Source: an uncultured bacterium
GTDB lineage: Bacteria > Krumholzibacteriota > Krumholzibacteriia > Krumholzibacteriales > Krumholzibacteriaceae
Direction: 5' to 3'
Assembly: GCA_965371515.1 (NCBI GenBank)
Contig: CBDUYR010000020.1
Span: 1-51,502, forward strand
Length of the DNA stretch: 51,502 nt
The notes under the pieces: model-generated
The model's input: only the letters and a program-made list of their open reading frames with translations
The model's database searches: none
What the model was told of the DNA's origin: nothing
Shown: positions 38,701 through 45,831 of the stretch, in pieces
Numbering within the stretch: position 1 is the first letter of the stretch
Layout: every line of letters starts with the position of its first letter
Made by a program: the position numbers and the translations under genes

Positions 38701-41273
38701 TGCCTGGTGGATTCTACACGACCGACGGATCGAAGTATTACTGCACTGCCCCTTCGGTCGACAACATCTGTGTATACGATTTCACCGAAGCGCAGCTGCT
38801 CGGGCTGATATCGGGTAATTACCAGTCGGCAGTCGCCGGCGGACAGCTTCCCGCGCCGATGCGCGTCAGTGTAAGCACGGCAGGTTCGCAGCCTGTCGAG
38901 GGAGTGCCGGTAACGTTCACCGTGACGTACGGCACAGGGCATCTCACCGGCACGGGGGCGGCGACGATGACCGTCGCGACGGGAGAGGACGGCATGGCTG
39001 GCGCAACGCTGGTCCTCGGCCCCGAGATCGGGCTTCAGCAGGTCTCTGTAGCTTCTCCCGGACTGACCGGTTCGCCGATCGTGTTCAGGGCCGACGCTCT
39101 CATAGATCCGGAAACGCTGCCGCTCAGGTTCGTTGATGTCGTCCCGATCGATTCCACGACCGATGTCTCCATGACGTCGGCTGTACGGTTGACTTTCAGC
39201 CGGCCGGTCGACCCTGCCACGGTCGATTCCACCGTATGCTATCTTCTCGAGGACGGGGCCCCCGCACCGGAAGCGGTAATAATCGGCTTCTCCGACGGCA
39301 ACCGCCGGATCTCGTTGATGCCGAGGGAGAGCCTCGAACCACTGACAGGATATACTGTCGGATTCGCCGCCGGCATCCTCGACATGTCCGGAGGTGGACT
39401 GGAAAATCCGGGAACGACCAGTTTCCGCACTTCCGCGCCGCCTCCAATCGTTCTCGAGGCTGTATCGCCTCCGAGCGGTCTGCGTGGCATGAACGTCGTT
39501 CTCTCCGGCCAGGGTTTCGACCGCGATGTGCAGGACAACGATGTCTTTTTCAACGAATTCCCCGCGGCGGTGACGGAAGCGGCCCTCGATCATCTTATCG
39601 TCGTCGTTCCCTACGACCTGATCATCGGCAGCTCGGTCGTGAGGGTGGAGGCGTTGGGACAGTCGTCGAACATGCTGACCTTCAATGCCCTGGCGCCCGA
39701 TACGACCGCGATCGACGAGGAAGTTTTCCAGCATGTGGGTACGGGATCGCCGACCCGGAGCGTCGCAGTTACGCCTGACGGTGCCCTGATGTACGCGGTC
39801 AGCCCTTCGGCCAACACCGTGGTGGCGATCGATATCCTGTCCCTCTACCCGCTCGCGACGATACCGGTCGGGGAGAATCCTTATTCGATCTCTCTCGATC
39901 CGCAGGGCGACTACGCTTATGTCACCAACTTTCTCGGCAACACGGTATCGGTGATCAATATCAAGCGCTACTCTCCGGCGTTCAACACCGTAGAGAAGAC
40001 GATCAATGTCGGGCTGAACCCGATAGACGCCATCGTCATTCCTGACGGCAGCAGGCTCGTAGTCTCGAACCTCGGATCGATGAGCCTCAGCATAGTGGAC
40101 ACCGACAAGATCAGCGAGACGTATCACCTGGTCCTCACGACCGTATACGCCAACGAGACTACTCGTTCGATCGCTGTCACGCCTGACGGCGGCCTGCTCT
40201 ACATTGGAACCAACGACGGATACCTCGTTGTGAGCACCGTCGACTTCGGCGTCGTCAAGAAGGTGGGAACGGGATCGACTACGAAGACACTCACCGTCAC
40301 GCCCGACGGAGCGCTCCTCGTGCTCCTGACGACCGATGGGGAGGTGGTGATCATCGATATCGCACCGGGCAGCCCGACCGAGGACCAGGTCGTCGGAAGG
40401 GTGGGCACCGGCTCGACGGTGAAATCGCTCACCGTCACTCCCGACGGCGGGTTGCTCTATCTCGTCCTCGAAGAGATCGATGCCATCCTGGTCGTCCGTC
40501 TCGACAGGATCACGTCGGCCGAGGCTTTGGCCGGAGTGGACGAGACAGGCCTGGAGATGGTCCAGACGACAGTGATCGATACGATAACCGCGGGAGAGGA
40601 TCCCGCTGAGGTAGCGTTTGCGCCGGGCGGGGCCGAGGTCGCGGTCATCACGAACGCCGGTGACAACACGGTGTCTATCTACAACCGGGACCTTGGCGTC
40701 GTCGCCGTCGCGCTTTCCGGGTTCAATGTCAGGCAGTCGGGAGAGAGGGCTGAGCTCGAGTGGAGAACGAATGTTGAAGAAGGAACGATCGGATTCCATC
40801 TGCAGCGGTCCGAGAACATGTCGTTCGGATACGAGAGAATCACAGTCGAGCCGCTGCCCGCCATGGGCATTCCCTCTACGTATACATGGAACGACGAGAC
40901 GGTGCGTCCCGGGGTGACGTACTATTACAAGCTCGAGGCTGTCAACGTGACGGGCGGGAGCGAGGAATTCGGGCCTCTCGAATTCAGGCTCACGGCCAGG
41001 TTCACCATGTACCAGAACGTGCCCAATCCGTTCAACCCCGTTACGAAGATCCGGTTCACCATTCCCGAAACGGGACACGTGGACCTCAGGATATACGACG
41101 TCACCGGGCGTCTTGTCAGGACACTCGTGGACAGGAAACTTGCAGCGGATAACCACGAAGTCACGTGGGACGGGACGAACAATGGCGGCAGGCACGTCGC
41201 CAGCGGAGTCTACTTCTACAGGATCATGGCTGGAAAGCACAGGAAGACGAGAAAGATGGTCCTGTTGAGATAA
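32745..41273 (+). CDS. Giant secreted multidomain metzincin (M10/matrixin-like) surface protein with Ig, TIG, beta-propeller and FlgD-Ig CTD domains
   Basis: Signal peptide; CARDB-like; InhA-like jelly roll; TSP3-like DSDWDGVGDVVDACP; HEAGHLFGLSH (35379-35411) with STMF Met-turn; Big_5-like and IPT/TIG domains; VTPDG propellers; YQNVPNPFNP...KMVLLR. Confidence 0.88.
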   Translation: MKTALVFCCIVVLISIIFSPVPAGADEPSGMIPVTGDGREILRITSEGGSGPRLIAYFDPGLTQRTICVTSGDTIVVFLAAENCPAPIDRLIYGLTCSSPPLVFVDETFEAGTATGDFYSGIDLGFGVPAEASGQLLIQTLRFAVTGSCLDGCGLDRPDGIVTTFHPVLGSGGEPSAILTTGEEIVVYGHSSMVCDDDGLPDLEIASFTSPDTAMTYEDIFPGLDLVIRNGGEDDTNEGFEIQLFLVDDMTTTYGEILSKRSISTVIPAGGTASFELEDATIPLTSEFGQKYLLLVLDGYDGVIEGDEGNNSLYHPIVIVPNLDIDSVCVYAEDFQEGAGGWTPVDLTAGEPHWKTDMHFDGATDRDVMWCGTDDASYSTQPGYGNNWNEGLVKQFSLPTGDVTLSCLLQHDVEQGYDFVRVQISTDGENYSDLAALSGRSGGFVQKDYDLTPYSGTDVSIRFLVASDNAWSDEDGGYPSKGALMIDRVAITGLPPDEFISGFDGWTADLCPPVGGEYRLEYDPPCDIAFPCGINQSGEPQVTCNAWVAYDPATGVFPFSSDEERAAGLGVNIGIVSPEIPVPFDAVAVIMEFDVYLVLPLVNNQYFTWDVAFPPDWEWQSKNHKNHLYYGTGGWTTVSFDITRYIPPGAEQMKIRLRSLESFELPFNGTHTPAPYFDNVIVYGVGTSAGGINVASFPRDCSLADSDWDGVGDVVDACPFENSAPFDRDGDGCIDETISSRHVEYVADDTLRFWIHEDGAPAVHDGSDIEAIRLGVEAWNAVSGIDIGARYMGTTEQRDARILDGMNTITFSDPDYVFPIGVLAVGISTSFVEPQRYREQPVRPGQIVDADIIFNPMMSFTTPSNTHIEGTDIKSVATHEAGHLFGLSHSAVQTSTMFFVLPPGTEASTLEVEDQLALRKAYAEQTVLDGASRLKGTVTDGQSGLPVPGAIIFAIDSASSDTLGSEYTMIDGSFDFFDLPDGDYYVAIHPLNGSSVIGYLQPANINQYVRENVVDIFVPEYWDAAESNDDDETAMTAVYVAAGATANISIITNIDLEAPFVTATSPEEGVDGVRIDAAILISFSEPIDLGTLQGNFSLEDTLSGQAIGGNVATLNDDSTLAFIPSGSLEFGAVYKLTLDIGLSDMFGNGLAVPFIFEFETEAKPDVRIVSLSPRRGIEGAVIVISGYGFAGGAAGNSVDFNGTNATILEATPTKLVVEVPAGALSGNVTVTDLVEGGTSNALTFTMLVAEEVARGYDAGSVGLGSRPRALSVSPDGSLMFIATEAGYSVVVVDPGSPDYLTARHFGVAGGMNSIEVTPDGSRVYAVSGDNEKIYRINGEAGAGGLDDLLVLSEIDAGARPLGIIVDPSGQRAFVATSGNTVQIYDINPSSATFDMQVGEISSVGTSLKGAMAIDPAGGLLVVISGEGKAAVYDLGADELLAAVDVGIDPRDVTVDPMGDRAYVTDDNGSVSIVSLEMLENVMEISTGGALRGEAVTPAGSFLYAVNRELNFYDVIDLRPESATFRSIVSNIGLPINPTDVEMSSDGMYAYSISEQDMVLSVTAIGVGPVLRSLSPVAGPDGTTVVLAGSGFSADSSVAVSFNGIEVLPEVRRDSFLVAVVPAGDVTGPVTVVGSNPSGPDAISNAAYFERLGATTADGLRLAGSLEAAGLAGEAAIASNSGDIGIFFVEEGSDQALCALDTDPSSGTFHQLLGTCPLPPGMIADEVLVTPDDDFALVIDHGAGLAGEIGFIPVIDVNRFSGTFLTMIGSIDVSSMSRGVSGACIDPAGACLVIAESGDAGGEIDATIHIFHLDSPGEAAFTPSASVDIGAVSVEHLLFQPAGLYCYLPVTDAAGPSIHVLDTDTESVTHATVVATMPLPGSPAGPVPEALAFTPSGERCLVLTRDAGATERRDVVMLDTTDPAAPTISHVEPLGGSAEGAGLIAASPRGDRAMASVEGEGLYHLAIVSGEDTVAVVGREGDGGPSLPGGFYTTDGSKYYCTAPSVDNICVYDFTEAQLLGLISGNYQSAVAGGQLPAPMRVSVSTAGSQPVEGVPVTFTVTYGTGHLTGTGAATMTVATGEDGMAGATLVLGPEIGLQQVSVASPGLTGSPIVFRADALIDPETLPLRFVDVVPIDSTTDVSMTSAVRLTFSRPVDPATVDSTVCYLLEDGAPAPEAVIIGFSDGNRRISLMPRESLEPLTGYTVGFAAGILDMSGGGLENPGTTSFRTSAPPPIVLEAVSPPSGLRGMNVVLSGQGFDRDVQDNDVFFNEFPAAVTEAALDHLIVVVPYDLIIGSSVVRVEALGQSSNMLTFNALAPDTTAIDEEVFQHVGTGSPTRSVAVTPDGALMYAVSPSANTVVAIDILSLYPLATIPVGENPYSISLDPQGDYAYVTNFLGNTVSVINIKRYSPAFNTVEKTINVGLNPIDAIVIPDGSRLVVSNLGSMSLSIVDTDKISETYHLVLTTVYANETTRSIAVTPDGGLLYIGTNDGYLVVSTVDFGVVKKVGTGSTTKTLTVTPDGALLVLLTTDGEVVIIDIAPGSPTEDQVVGRVGTGSTVKSLTVTPDGGLLYLVLEEIDAILVVRLDRITSAEALAGVDETGLEMVQTTVIDTITAGEDPAEVAFAPGGAEVAVITNAGDNTVSIYNRDLGVVAVALSGFNVRQSGERAELEWRTNVEEGTIGFHLQRSENMSFGYERITVEPLPAMGIPSTYTWNDETVRPGVTYYYKLEAVNVTGGSEEFGPLEFRLTARFTMYQNVPNPFNPVTKIRFTIPETGHVDLRIYDVTGRLVRTLVDRKLAADNHEVTWDGTNNGGRHVASGVYFYRIMAGKHRKTRKMVLLR

Positions 41274-41332
41274 CCGGTCCGGGAACGGGCGAGGAGACGG
41301 AAATGGCATTAGAACTGGAAAGGGTGGCAGAA

Positions 41333-41887
41333 ATGAGAACGTGGATCGTTATTGTCGCCGTTATGACGGCGATACTCGCAAGCGGCAGTGCGGATGTGTC
41401 CGCGTCGCGCGTAGTTCACATGAGCGCCCGGCAGATGGCGGACAACTCCGTCCTCGTGGTAACCGGGCGGGTAAGCGGCGTGGAGTCGTACTGGAACGAA
41501 AAGAACACGAAGATATTCACAAAGACGACGATCACCGTCGACGAGACATTCAAAGGCGATCGTCGCGCGAGGATCGAGTTGATTCAGCTCGGCGGGATCG
41601 TCGGCAACATCAAGGTGAATGTCGAGGGCGCCCTCAAATGGACGGAAGCCGAGGAGGTCCTTCTCTTTCTCGAGCCGTACGACGCCGGCACCTACCAGGT
41701 GTCGGGGCTCTCCCAGGGCAAGTTTCTCGTCGAGCGCGACCCCGATACGGGAGAGAGGTATGTCAGCCGTGCCGCTATGGAGGGAGTGGAACTGCTGGAG
41801 GCCGATGGCAGTCAGGCGAGCCATGATGGACAGATGGAAAAGGTCCGCCTCGATCTGTTTATCTCTGAGGTGATCGGGAACGATTGA
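41333..41887 (+). CDS. Small secreted beta-domain protein of a type often fused to or beside matrixin-like proteases
   Basis: Signal peptide; MADNSVLVVTGRV, IFTKTTITVDETFKG, LGGIVG, EEVLLFL; alternative start 41303. Confidence 0.7.
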   Translation: MRTWIVIVAVMTAILASGSADVSASRVVHMSARQMADNSVLVVTGRVSGVESYWNEKNTKIFTKTTITVDETFKGDRRARIELIQLGGIVGNIKVNVEGALKWTEAEEVLLFLEPYDAGTYQVSGLSQGKFLVERDPDTGERYVSRAAMEGVELLEADGSQASHDGQMEKVRLDLFISEVIGND

Positions 41888-41919
41888 CGGGAGATTTATA
41901 TTGCGGAGGGGGGCCGCGT

Positions 41920-42345
41920 CTAGCCGTCCTCGTCCACAGGTTTCGATCTGCCTGTCTTGAGCCGGCTCCTGCGCCGCTTGTCCTCGAGCCGTTTTTTGCT
42001 CACGCCGGCGGGTACCCTGGTCTTTCTGCGGGGGCGTTCAAGCACCAGTGCTTCACGGAGCAGCTCCGCGAATCTCTCGGCCGCGGCCTCGCGGTTCGCC
42101 TTCTGTGTGCGGTGTCTCTGGGAGACTAAGCGCATGATCCCCACGCGGGAGACCCTTGTCGCGAGCCTGTCGAGGATTCTCTCGCGCTGAGCGTCACTCA
42201 GGCTCGGTGAACAGGCGACGTCGAACAGCAGAGTGGCGCGTGTGTTCAGCTTGTTCACGTTCTGCCCGCCCGGCCCGCTTGAACGCGAAAAGGTGAAGGA
42301 TATTTCCTTGTCCGGTATCGACAGTCTCGAGTTTATCCTGATCAT
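41920..42345 (-). CDS. arfB: Alternative ribosome rescue peptidyl-tRNA hydrolase
   Basis: SRSSGPGGQNVNK, QRHRTQKANRE, basic C-terminal tail. Confidence 0.96.
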   Translation of the reverse strand: MIRINSRLSIPDKEISFTFSRSSGPGGQNVNKLNTRATLLFDVACSPSLSDAQRERILDRLATRVSRVGIMRLVSQRHRTQKANREAAAERFAELLREALVLERPRRKTRVPAGVSKKRLEDKRRRSRLKTGRSKPVDEDG

Positions 42346-42508
42346 GTTCCTGTTCCTGCCAGTACTTTCTACTCTCGAGCACGATGACGCGGCAACCGTT
42401 CAAAGCGGTTGATTGCCGCCCCCGTCAGATGTACATCATGATTGTATCCGAGTGAGCCGTCCTGATTCAACTTCTGAAATCTATTCTATGTGCCGGCATG
42501 ATTGTCTG

Positions 42509-42537
42509 TTGCAAATGAACCGCAGGCGTTTTACCAT
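42509..42537 (+). promoter_or_regulatory. Putative sigma70 promoter of the cytochrome genes
   Basis: TTGCAA-17 nt-TACCAT. Confidence 0.55.
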
Positions 42538-42601
42538 GGCCGCAGCTCTCGCACCTGACGGACTGCACCCTGAAATCCAGATCAAGCAAGCGGAGGTTTT
42601 A

Positions 42602-43990
42602 ATGAGGCGCCCCCGGGTTATTACGAGTCTGGTATTGATGCTGATGTTACTGGTTCTCTATCCCCTTGCCGACGCAGGCGGCGGGAGAGCGGTTTCGGCG
42701 GACGAGGAAGCCGGCGGCACGTTCGGGACGCGCAGCTACGATGACTACGAACGTCCGCAGGCCTGCAGGTCCTGTCATGTCGATATCTACGAGCAGTGGT
42801 CGCAGTCGGCGATGGCGACGGCCTTCACCCATCACTGGGACGAGATCGAATATTTCGACCTCGCGCGGAAGCACGTTGAACAGGATCCCGCGCAAGAGAG
42901 TGTTGTTAACGGGTGCAACGGGTGTCACGCCCCGATCGCATGGGTGTCGGGAGAGGGAGATCCGCCGAGGCCTGGCGGCAGCAGGGCGGACGAAGGCGTC
43001 TCGTGCGATTTCTGTCATACGATCACGGGAAGGACCGGCGAGCCCTCGGTCAACTTCAACTACACCGTCGATCCCGGAGAGGTGAAGCGGGGAAACCGCG
43101 ATGGGGGGAAAAGCCCGTTTCACAAGACCGAACATCTCGATTTCATGCGCACCGCCGAGTACTGCGGGATCTGCCACAACGAGAAGGACCCCTACGGTAT
43201 CTGGGTCAAGTCCACCCAGCTTGAGTGGAAGGAAGGCCCCTACGCCGCCGAGGGAGTCCCGTGTCACAGGTGCCATATGCCCGGCGCGAAGGGTCGAAGC
43301 GCAAACACGTCGAAGAGAGAGTTCCCCGACATCGCGCAGCATCTCTTTCATGGCGCGCACGATCCGGGCAAGGTGAAAGGATCGATCGAATTGCGGATGC
43401 ATCCGGACAGCCGTGAAGTCGAGCCCGGCGATATCGTCGTGATAAGCGTACAGCTTTTCAACGGCAAGTGCGGTCACAAGGTACCGAGCGGGTCTGCCGA
43501 GGAGAGGCAGCTCTGGCTGCACGTCTCGGCGCACTGCCCCGGAGGCGAGGTCTATCATCTTCCCGTCGACCTGAAGGGATTCGAGGGGGAGGAAGAGACG
43601 ATCACGAGCAACGCGCTCGCCTACCAGGATATGGGCGAGATGCTCGGCGATCCCTCTTTCGCGGGGCTGCCCCGGGACGCGCTCGAGCACGAGGGCGACA
43701 GGATATTCTGCCTGCCGTATTTCGATCCGCAGGGACGCAGGACGATCGCGCAGTGGAACACCATGTCGCTCGGGACAGACTACAGGATCGGACCGAGAGA
43801 GACGAAGATAGAGACTTTCACATGGACCGTGCCCGACGACGTTGAGTTCGGCATGGTCGTGGTCAGGGCCGAGCTCAATTACCGCCGGCTGGTGAAATCG
43901 GTTGCCGATTACCTCAAGGTGCCGGCGGACGAAGCGGAGATCATCAGGGTGAACGACGCCGAGACGAGTTTCGAGGTCGTCGATTACTGA
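42602..43990 (+). CDS. Periplasmic pentaheme cytochrome c (c554-like) with C-terminal beta domain
   Basis: GGAGG RBS, signal peptide, CRSCH, CNGCH, CDFCH, CGICH, CHRCH; GHKVPSG. Confidence 0.92.
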   Translation: MRRPRVITSLVLMLMLLVLYPLADAGGGRAVSADEEAGGTFGTRSYDDYERPQACRSCHVDIYEQWSQSAMATAFTHHWDEIEYFDLARKHVEQDPAQESVVNGCNGCHAPIAWVSGEGDPPRPGGSRADEGVSCDFCHTITGRTGEPSVNFNYTVDPGEVKRGNRDGGKSPFHKTEHLDFMRTAEYCGICHNEKDPYGIWVKSTQLEWKEGPYAAEGVPCHRCHMPGAKGRSANTSKREFPDIAQHLFHGAHDPGKVKGSIELRMHPDSREVEPGDIVVISVQLFNGKCGHKVPSGSAEERQLWLHVSAHCPGGEVYHLPVDLKGFEGEEETITSNALAYQDMGEMLGDPSFAGLPRDALEHEGDRIFCLPYFDPQGRRTIAQWNTMSLGTDYRIGPRETKIETFTWTVPDDVEFGMVVVRAELNYRRLVKSVADYLKVPADEAEIIRVNDAETSFEVVDY

Positions 43991-44030
43991 TCGCATATAC
44001 TGATTTGCACATTTGAAAGGGAGGTTGGTC

Positions 44031-45230
44031 TTGTCATTGCGAGCTGGAAGGATGTCGTCGACGATCATGGTTATTGCCGCAGTGGTCGTCGCCGCTGCGG
44101 TGCTCATGCCGGAGGACGCCGCCGCCATTCCGGCCTTTGCGCGCAAGTACAGGATGTCGTGCACGACATGTCACGCTCCTGTTCCGAGGCTGAAGGAGTA
44201 CGGCGAGGATTTCGCGGGCAATGCGTTCAGGCTCGAGGACAAGGAGCCGAAGAGGTTCTTCCCCGACACCGGCGATGACATGCTTACGCTTCAGCGCGAG
44301 CTGCCGATCGCCGTACGTTTCGACGCCTACTTTCTCTACGACAAGTACAAAGATGGAAACATGACCGACTTTCAGACGCCGTTCGGGCTGAAGCTGCTGT
44401 CCGGCGGGAACATATCGAAGAACATCGGGTACTATTTTTACTTCTATATGTCGGAGAAGGGAGAGGTCGCCGGGATAGAGGATGCCTACGTGCATTTCAA
44501 CAACCTCTTCGGCGCCGATTTCGACCTGATGGTCGGGCAGTTCCAGGTATCCGATCCCCTCTTCAAGCGTGAGCTGCGCCTCACCTACGAGGACTATTAT
44601 ATATACAAGGTCAGGGTTGGAGACACTCCGACCAACCTCACGTACGACCGCGGACTGATGTTTACCCTGGGAACGGATATCGGTTTCGACGTGGTCTTCG
44701 AGGTGGTGAACGGCAACGGCAAGGGTGAGGCACATAACGGCTATCTGGACGAGGACAACTGGAAGAACTTCCTGCTCAGGGTCTCCCAGGCTCTCGGGCC
44801 GGTCCGGATAGGCGCGTTCGGCTATTCGTGCAATACGAAGGCGGACAACGGGGGCACGATAGTGGAGAACGCGCACTGGTACGCCGGGGCGGACGGGACG
44901 ATAGACTACGAGGACAAACTCCAGCTAAACATGCAGTACGTCTATCGAGAGGACGAGAATCCGTGGCTCCAGTCTGTCGGTGCCACCGTGGTGGAGACGA
45001 AGGGCGGATTCGCCGAGCTGGTCTATGCCCCGCAGGGGGCATCCGGGAGGCACTGGATAGTGTTCCTCTACAATTATATCGATTCGCAGCAGAAAGAGCT
45101 GAACATGAACGCGGGGACCCTTTCGTACAGCTGGCTTCTCAGGCGCAACCTGCGGCTCCTCGCTGAAGGTACGTACAACGATACGGACGAGGCCTTCCGG
45201 TTTACCGGTGGATTTGTCTCGGCATTTTAG
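44031..45230 (+). CDS. Cyc2-like fused monoheme cytochrome c / outer-membrane porin
   Basis: Signal peptide then AIPAFARKYRMSCTTCH.PVPRL..YG..F; amphipathic beta strands; C-terminal Phe; GGGAGG RBS before TTG 44031. Confidence 0.82.
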   Translation: MSLRAGRMSSTIMVIAAVVVAAAVLMPEDAAAIPAFARKYRMSCTTCHAPVPRLKEYGEDFAGNAFRLEDKEPKRFFPDTGDDMLTLQRELPIAVRFDAYFLYDKYKDGNMTDFQTPFGLKLLSGGNISKNIGYYFYFYMSEKGEVAGIEDAYVHFNNLFGADFDLMVGQFQVSDPLFKRELRLTYEDYYIYKVRVGDTPTNLTYDRGLMFTLGTDIGFDVVFEVVNGNGKGEAHNGYLDEDNWKNFLLRVSQALGPVRIGAFGYSCNTKADNGGTIVENAHWYAGADGTIDYEDKLQLNMQYVYREDENPWLQSVGATVVETKGGFAELVYAPQGASGRHWIVFLYNYIDSQQKELNMNAGTLSYSWLLRRNLRLLAEGTYNDTDEAFRFTGGFVSAF

Positions 45231-45316
45231 AGTATAGTACAGTTCCCGCGGTACTCGCACCCGCGGCAGAATCGTCAATATCAACGGCACTGTAACTTGG
45301 ATAAGGAGGATGCCGG

Positions 45317-45796
45317 ATGTCCGTTCTTCAGCCTTCCGATATCGTCGACATCGGAATCGAAAAAGAAATCAAGCGCCGTGACTTCTACGCGCTGGCCGCC
45401 GAGCACTTCTCGGATAACGCCGACCTGGCTGCACTCTTCGGAAAGCTTCGCGACTGGGAAGAGGGACATATAAAGAAATTCGAGAAGATCCGCGAGGATG
45501 TAAAGGGCGGCAACTACGCCGAATCGTACCCCGGCGAGATCCACGAATACATGGCCGCCGTGGTTGAGGGCGACCTGTACGAGAATCTTGACGCGGAGTC
45601 ATTCGCCCTCAATGTGAAGACTCCGGAGGTGGCCCTCGAGGCGGGCATCGGGTTCGAGAAGGACGCGATACTCTTCTTCGGCGGGCTGGCCAACTTCGTC
45701 GATCCCAAGGCGAGAGAGGTCATCGAGAAACTTATATCGGAGGAACAGCAGCATATGCTCCAGCTCTTCGAGATGAAGAAGAAGCTGCAGGCATAA
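45317..45796 (+). CDS. Ferritin-like (rubrerythrin-family, no rubredoxin domain) protein
   Basis: IEKE..RRDFY, WEEGH, GIGFEKDAILFF, SEEQQH. Confidence 0.85.
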   Translation: MSVLQPSDIVDIGIEKEIKRRDFYALAAEHFSDNADLAALFGKLRDWEEGHIKKFEKIREDVKGGNYAESYPGEIHEYMAAVVEGDLYENLDAESFALNVKTPEVALEAGIGFEKDAILFFGGLANFVDPKAREVIEKLISEEQQHMLQLFEMKKKLQA

Positions 45797-45831
45797 AACC
45801 ATTTTACCATTATCACCCCTGGAGGTGAGAC

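Noticed and set aside
38607..41309. 900-aa antisense ORF (similarly 9983-11014, 18584-19792, 42647-44164, 48272-49777)
   Set aside because: Typical stop-poor antisense frames of high-GC genes; no domains or RBS support
42437..42505. CATGATTGT direct repeat 60 bp apart upstream of the cytochrome promoter
   Set aside because: Only 9 bp in two copies; may be chance, although an activator site is not excluded
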